A stretch of DNA of 64,000 nt from Pirellulales bacterium (GTDB lineage Bacteria; Planctomycetota; Planctomycetia; Pirellulales; PALSA-1355), in the NCBI GenBank assembly GCA_963733035.1, contig CAVTBU010000006.1, positions 896,001 to 960,000 on the forward strand, given 5' to 3'. The translations under genes and the position numbers were made by a program. Below are positions 61,226 through 64,000 of this stretch, in pieces; position 1 is the first letter of the stretch, and every line of letters starts with the position of its first letter. A model generated the notes under the pieces. It worked only from the letters and a program-made list of their open reading frames with translations, was not told where the DNA came from and made no database searches.

Positions 61226-63952
61226 TCATCCATGATGGTTAGCGCCGCCGTAGAGCGCCTCGTAAACCCGATCCGCACTGAAGGGGAGACTCGACAGCCT
61301 GACACCGATAGCGTCCTTGACGGCATTCCCCAGCGCCGCGCTGACTGGGACAATGGAAGACTCGCCCATCGGTTTGGCTCCCAGCGGACCCATCGTATCG
61401 TAGGTGTCCGCGTAAAAGATCTCGGTGCGCGGAATATCCGCGAATGCCGGGATTCGATAATTCCTTAGCGTTGCATTCAGGACCTCACCTTCACCGTCGA
61501 TCACCACCCGTTCGAACAACGTGCTTCCAATCCCTTGGGCAATCCCGCCCTCGATCTGACCGGCTAGCTGCATGGGATTCACCACAGTGCCGGCGTCAAC
61601 GGCTTGCACACTCTGTAGAATCCGGATCTCGCAGGTATCTTTATTCACCGCGACACGAAAGCCCTGGACCAGGAATCCCAGGGTCACCGGCGTGGCATAC
61701 GCCTTGCGCGCGACGCTGAATCTTAGGTCGGCCTGCGGAGTTTTCCGATAAAGCTCCGAAAAGCCAATCGATTGGTCTTTGAAAACCGGCGCCCGTCGAT
61801 CAGCGTCCCGTCTGCAATGGGGCGATCGAAGAGCCGCGCGGCGGCAGCAAGCAGGCGTTCTTTCAGGGCGTTGGCCGCGAGCTCAACCGATTTGGCGCAC
61901 ACGCTGCTGCCAGCACTGGCGAACGTGCCGCCGTCATAAGGAGTCCTATCCGTATCGGCGACAATCGTCTCAACCTCCGCGGCACGGACGCCAAGAATTT
62001 GCGCGGCAATTTGGCGGATCATATTCATCGAACCATTGCCGAATTCCGCCAGGCCATTCGCCAACAGGAACCTGCCGTCCGGCCCGAGGGACAGGTTGGC
62101 TTGCGACCGGTGCTCTTTGGGGGGCGCGCCTTCCTGAACATGCAACGCGATCCCTTTGCCTTCAAACCACTCGTGGCTTGCAGGTTTTGGTTCGCCGCGA
62201 CCGCTCGCAAGGGCCGCTTCGACGAAATCGACGCATTGGTCCAGCCCATAGCTTCCCATGTCGAATTCATCGGGGCCCGGCCGAACGCCCCGAACGGCAC
62301 TATCCGCGCGGATCATGTTGATCCGCCGCATTTGGAAGGGATCGATGCCCAACTTCTCGGCCAATTCATCGATTGCACATTCGATGGCAAACGTCGTCTG
62401 TGTTCTTCCGAATCCGCGGAAGGCGCCCGCCGGAATTGCGTTGGTGTGAACCGCGTAGCCCGTCCCTTTCTTGTTCGGACAGTCATAGGTCAGAACGGGG
62501 GACGTGAGAGCCGCAGACAGAACTTCCCCGGCGTGATTTCGATACGCGCCGGTATTCGAAACCGCGCGAAGCTCGATGGCCGTGAGGGTTCCATCGCGCC
62601 GCGCTCCTGAGTTTGACGCGCATCTGATACGGATGCCGTCCCGGACCGGCGATGAACTCCTCGCCTCGCGTCCATTCCCACTGCGTAGGCCGACCGGTCT
62701 TCAGGACCCCCAAGACGCAAAGATCCTCGGTCAGCATCTCCTGCTTGGCCCCAAACCCACCTCCAACTCGCTCGGAAAAAACATGCAGCGACTGCGGATC
62801 GAGAGAGAATACGTAGGCGAGTTTTTCCTGGATCAGGTGGGGAGTTTGGGTGTCGGTTCGAACGTGGATTCGCCCGTCGTCGGATTTCCAAGCGATGCTC
62901 CCATGCGTCTCCAAATGCACGTGTTGAACCCGCTGGGTGATAAACTCCCCCTCATAGATTTCATCCGCCTCTGCAAACCCCTTGGCGACGTCGCCAACTT
63001 CACTCTCCATGCGTTTGAAGATATTCTTCTCGGGATCGTCGATTCGCGCCTCGGCTCCTTCCGGGAAGAGCTGCGGCGCGCCCGGCTGCATGGCTTCTGC
63101 GGGATCGAAAACCGCCGGCAACACCTCGTAGTCGACGTCGATCAGCCGGCAGGCCTCCTCCGCGATCGCCTCGGTGTCGGCATAGACGGCGACCACACGC
63201 TGCCCCCTGAACCGGACCACGTTATCCAAAACGTAAGTATCATCGGGGTCGCAGTGATAGTCGTCGTGCGCTGCCGTGGTGTAGGGCTTGCGCGGCACCT
63301 CCTCCCAAGTCAGGATCAATTGCACTCCCGGCAGGGCTTGGGCGGCGTCCTGACGAATCCTCAGCACCTTGGCATGGGCATGCGGTGAGCGGACCACCTT
63401 AACATGGAGCAGGTTTTCGATGGCGCAATCCATCGTGTAGTGCGCTCGCCCTCGGACGAGTCCCTCAGCGAACGAGTTGCCGATATTCGAGCCGCACGTG
63501 CGACCGGCGACATCTTCGTCCACGACCGAATGGCCGCGAACAGCGTCCTCAATGGCATGATAGCCGGTACAGCGGCAAAGGTTCCCTTTGAGCCGAAAGG
63601 GCAGGTCTTGCTTGTCTTCCTCACCCAGGCTCGCGCACGTCATGATCATGCCCGACGTGCAGAATCCACATTGAAAGGCCTGAGCCTGCAGGAATGCCTC
63701 CTGCATGGGATGCAACTGGCCCTCGGAAGCGAGACCTTCCAAGGTCGTGACGTCCCGATTCTCGGCGCGAAAGGCAGGCACCAGACAGCTATGGACGGGT
63801 CGCCCGTCAAACCAGACCGTGCATGCTCCACAATCCCCGGCGTCACATCCTTTCCTGACTGACAACCACCCCAGATCGCGAAGGTAGGTGCGCAGGCACT
63901 GTCCTGGCGCGGGCTGCTGATCAAACTCCTGTCCATTCACCCGAAGTTTCAT
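61226..63952 (-). CDS. Xanthine dehydrogenase family molybdopterin oxidoreductase with fused 2Fe-2S domain; apparent frameshifts near 62609 and 61790
   Basis: GCDAGDCGAC, QCGFC, GNLCRC, VGGGFGAKQ, AFRGFG, GQIEGG, GAKPMGE spread over three consecutive ORF segments. Confidence 0.88.
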
Positions 63953-63958
63953 AAGCTG

Positions 63959-64000
63959 CTAGGCGATCAGTTCCGCGCGGATCTGCTCCGCGAAAAGGTA
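63959..64000 (-). CDS. 3' end of probable FAD-binding subunit of the same oxidoreductase (partial)
   Basis: YLFAEQIRAELIA* ends 6 nt before the large subunit start. Confidence 0.5.
   Translation of the reverse strand, partial: YLFAEQIRAELIA

Overview
GC-rich bacterial chromosome segment. It is very probably a planctomycete (Pirellulales-like), judging by DUF1501, DUF1080, a PVC-type heme-binding CxxCH protein, a TIGR03000-like domain and NPYxxP-type membrane proteins. Bases 1-34.7 kb hold ordinary accessory metabolism: ABC transporters, hydrolases, penicillin acylase, an FHA-GAF-PP2C protein, an aminotransferase/amidase pair, pcm and mscL. From about 34.7 to 60 kb the region is mosaic. It contains an AT-richer SIR2-STAND-TPR (Avs/NLR-like) gene, three HEPN-like orphans, REP-like repeats, katG and two ECF sigma/partner pairs, and it is followed by a xanthine-dehydrogenase-like locus. 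The most unusual structure is at 47.3-49.5 kb: seven small, mostly membrane, minus-strand ORFs. Six of them are directly preceded by a copy of one repeated module (terminator hairpin + TAGAAT -10 box + 6-8 nt + ATG), i.e. a cassette-like array of leaderless expression units with no integrase in the window. A 149-150 bp MITE-like element with CTAG/TTAA target sites occurs three times. About seven single-base frameshifts in otherwise intact genes suggest long-read consensus errors. All annotations come from motif recognition by eye; no searches were run.
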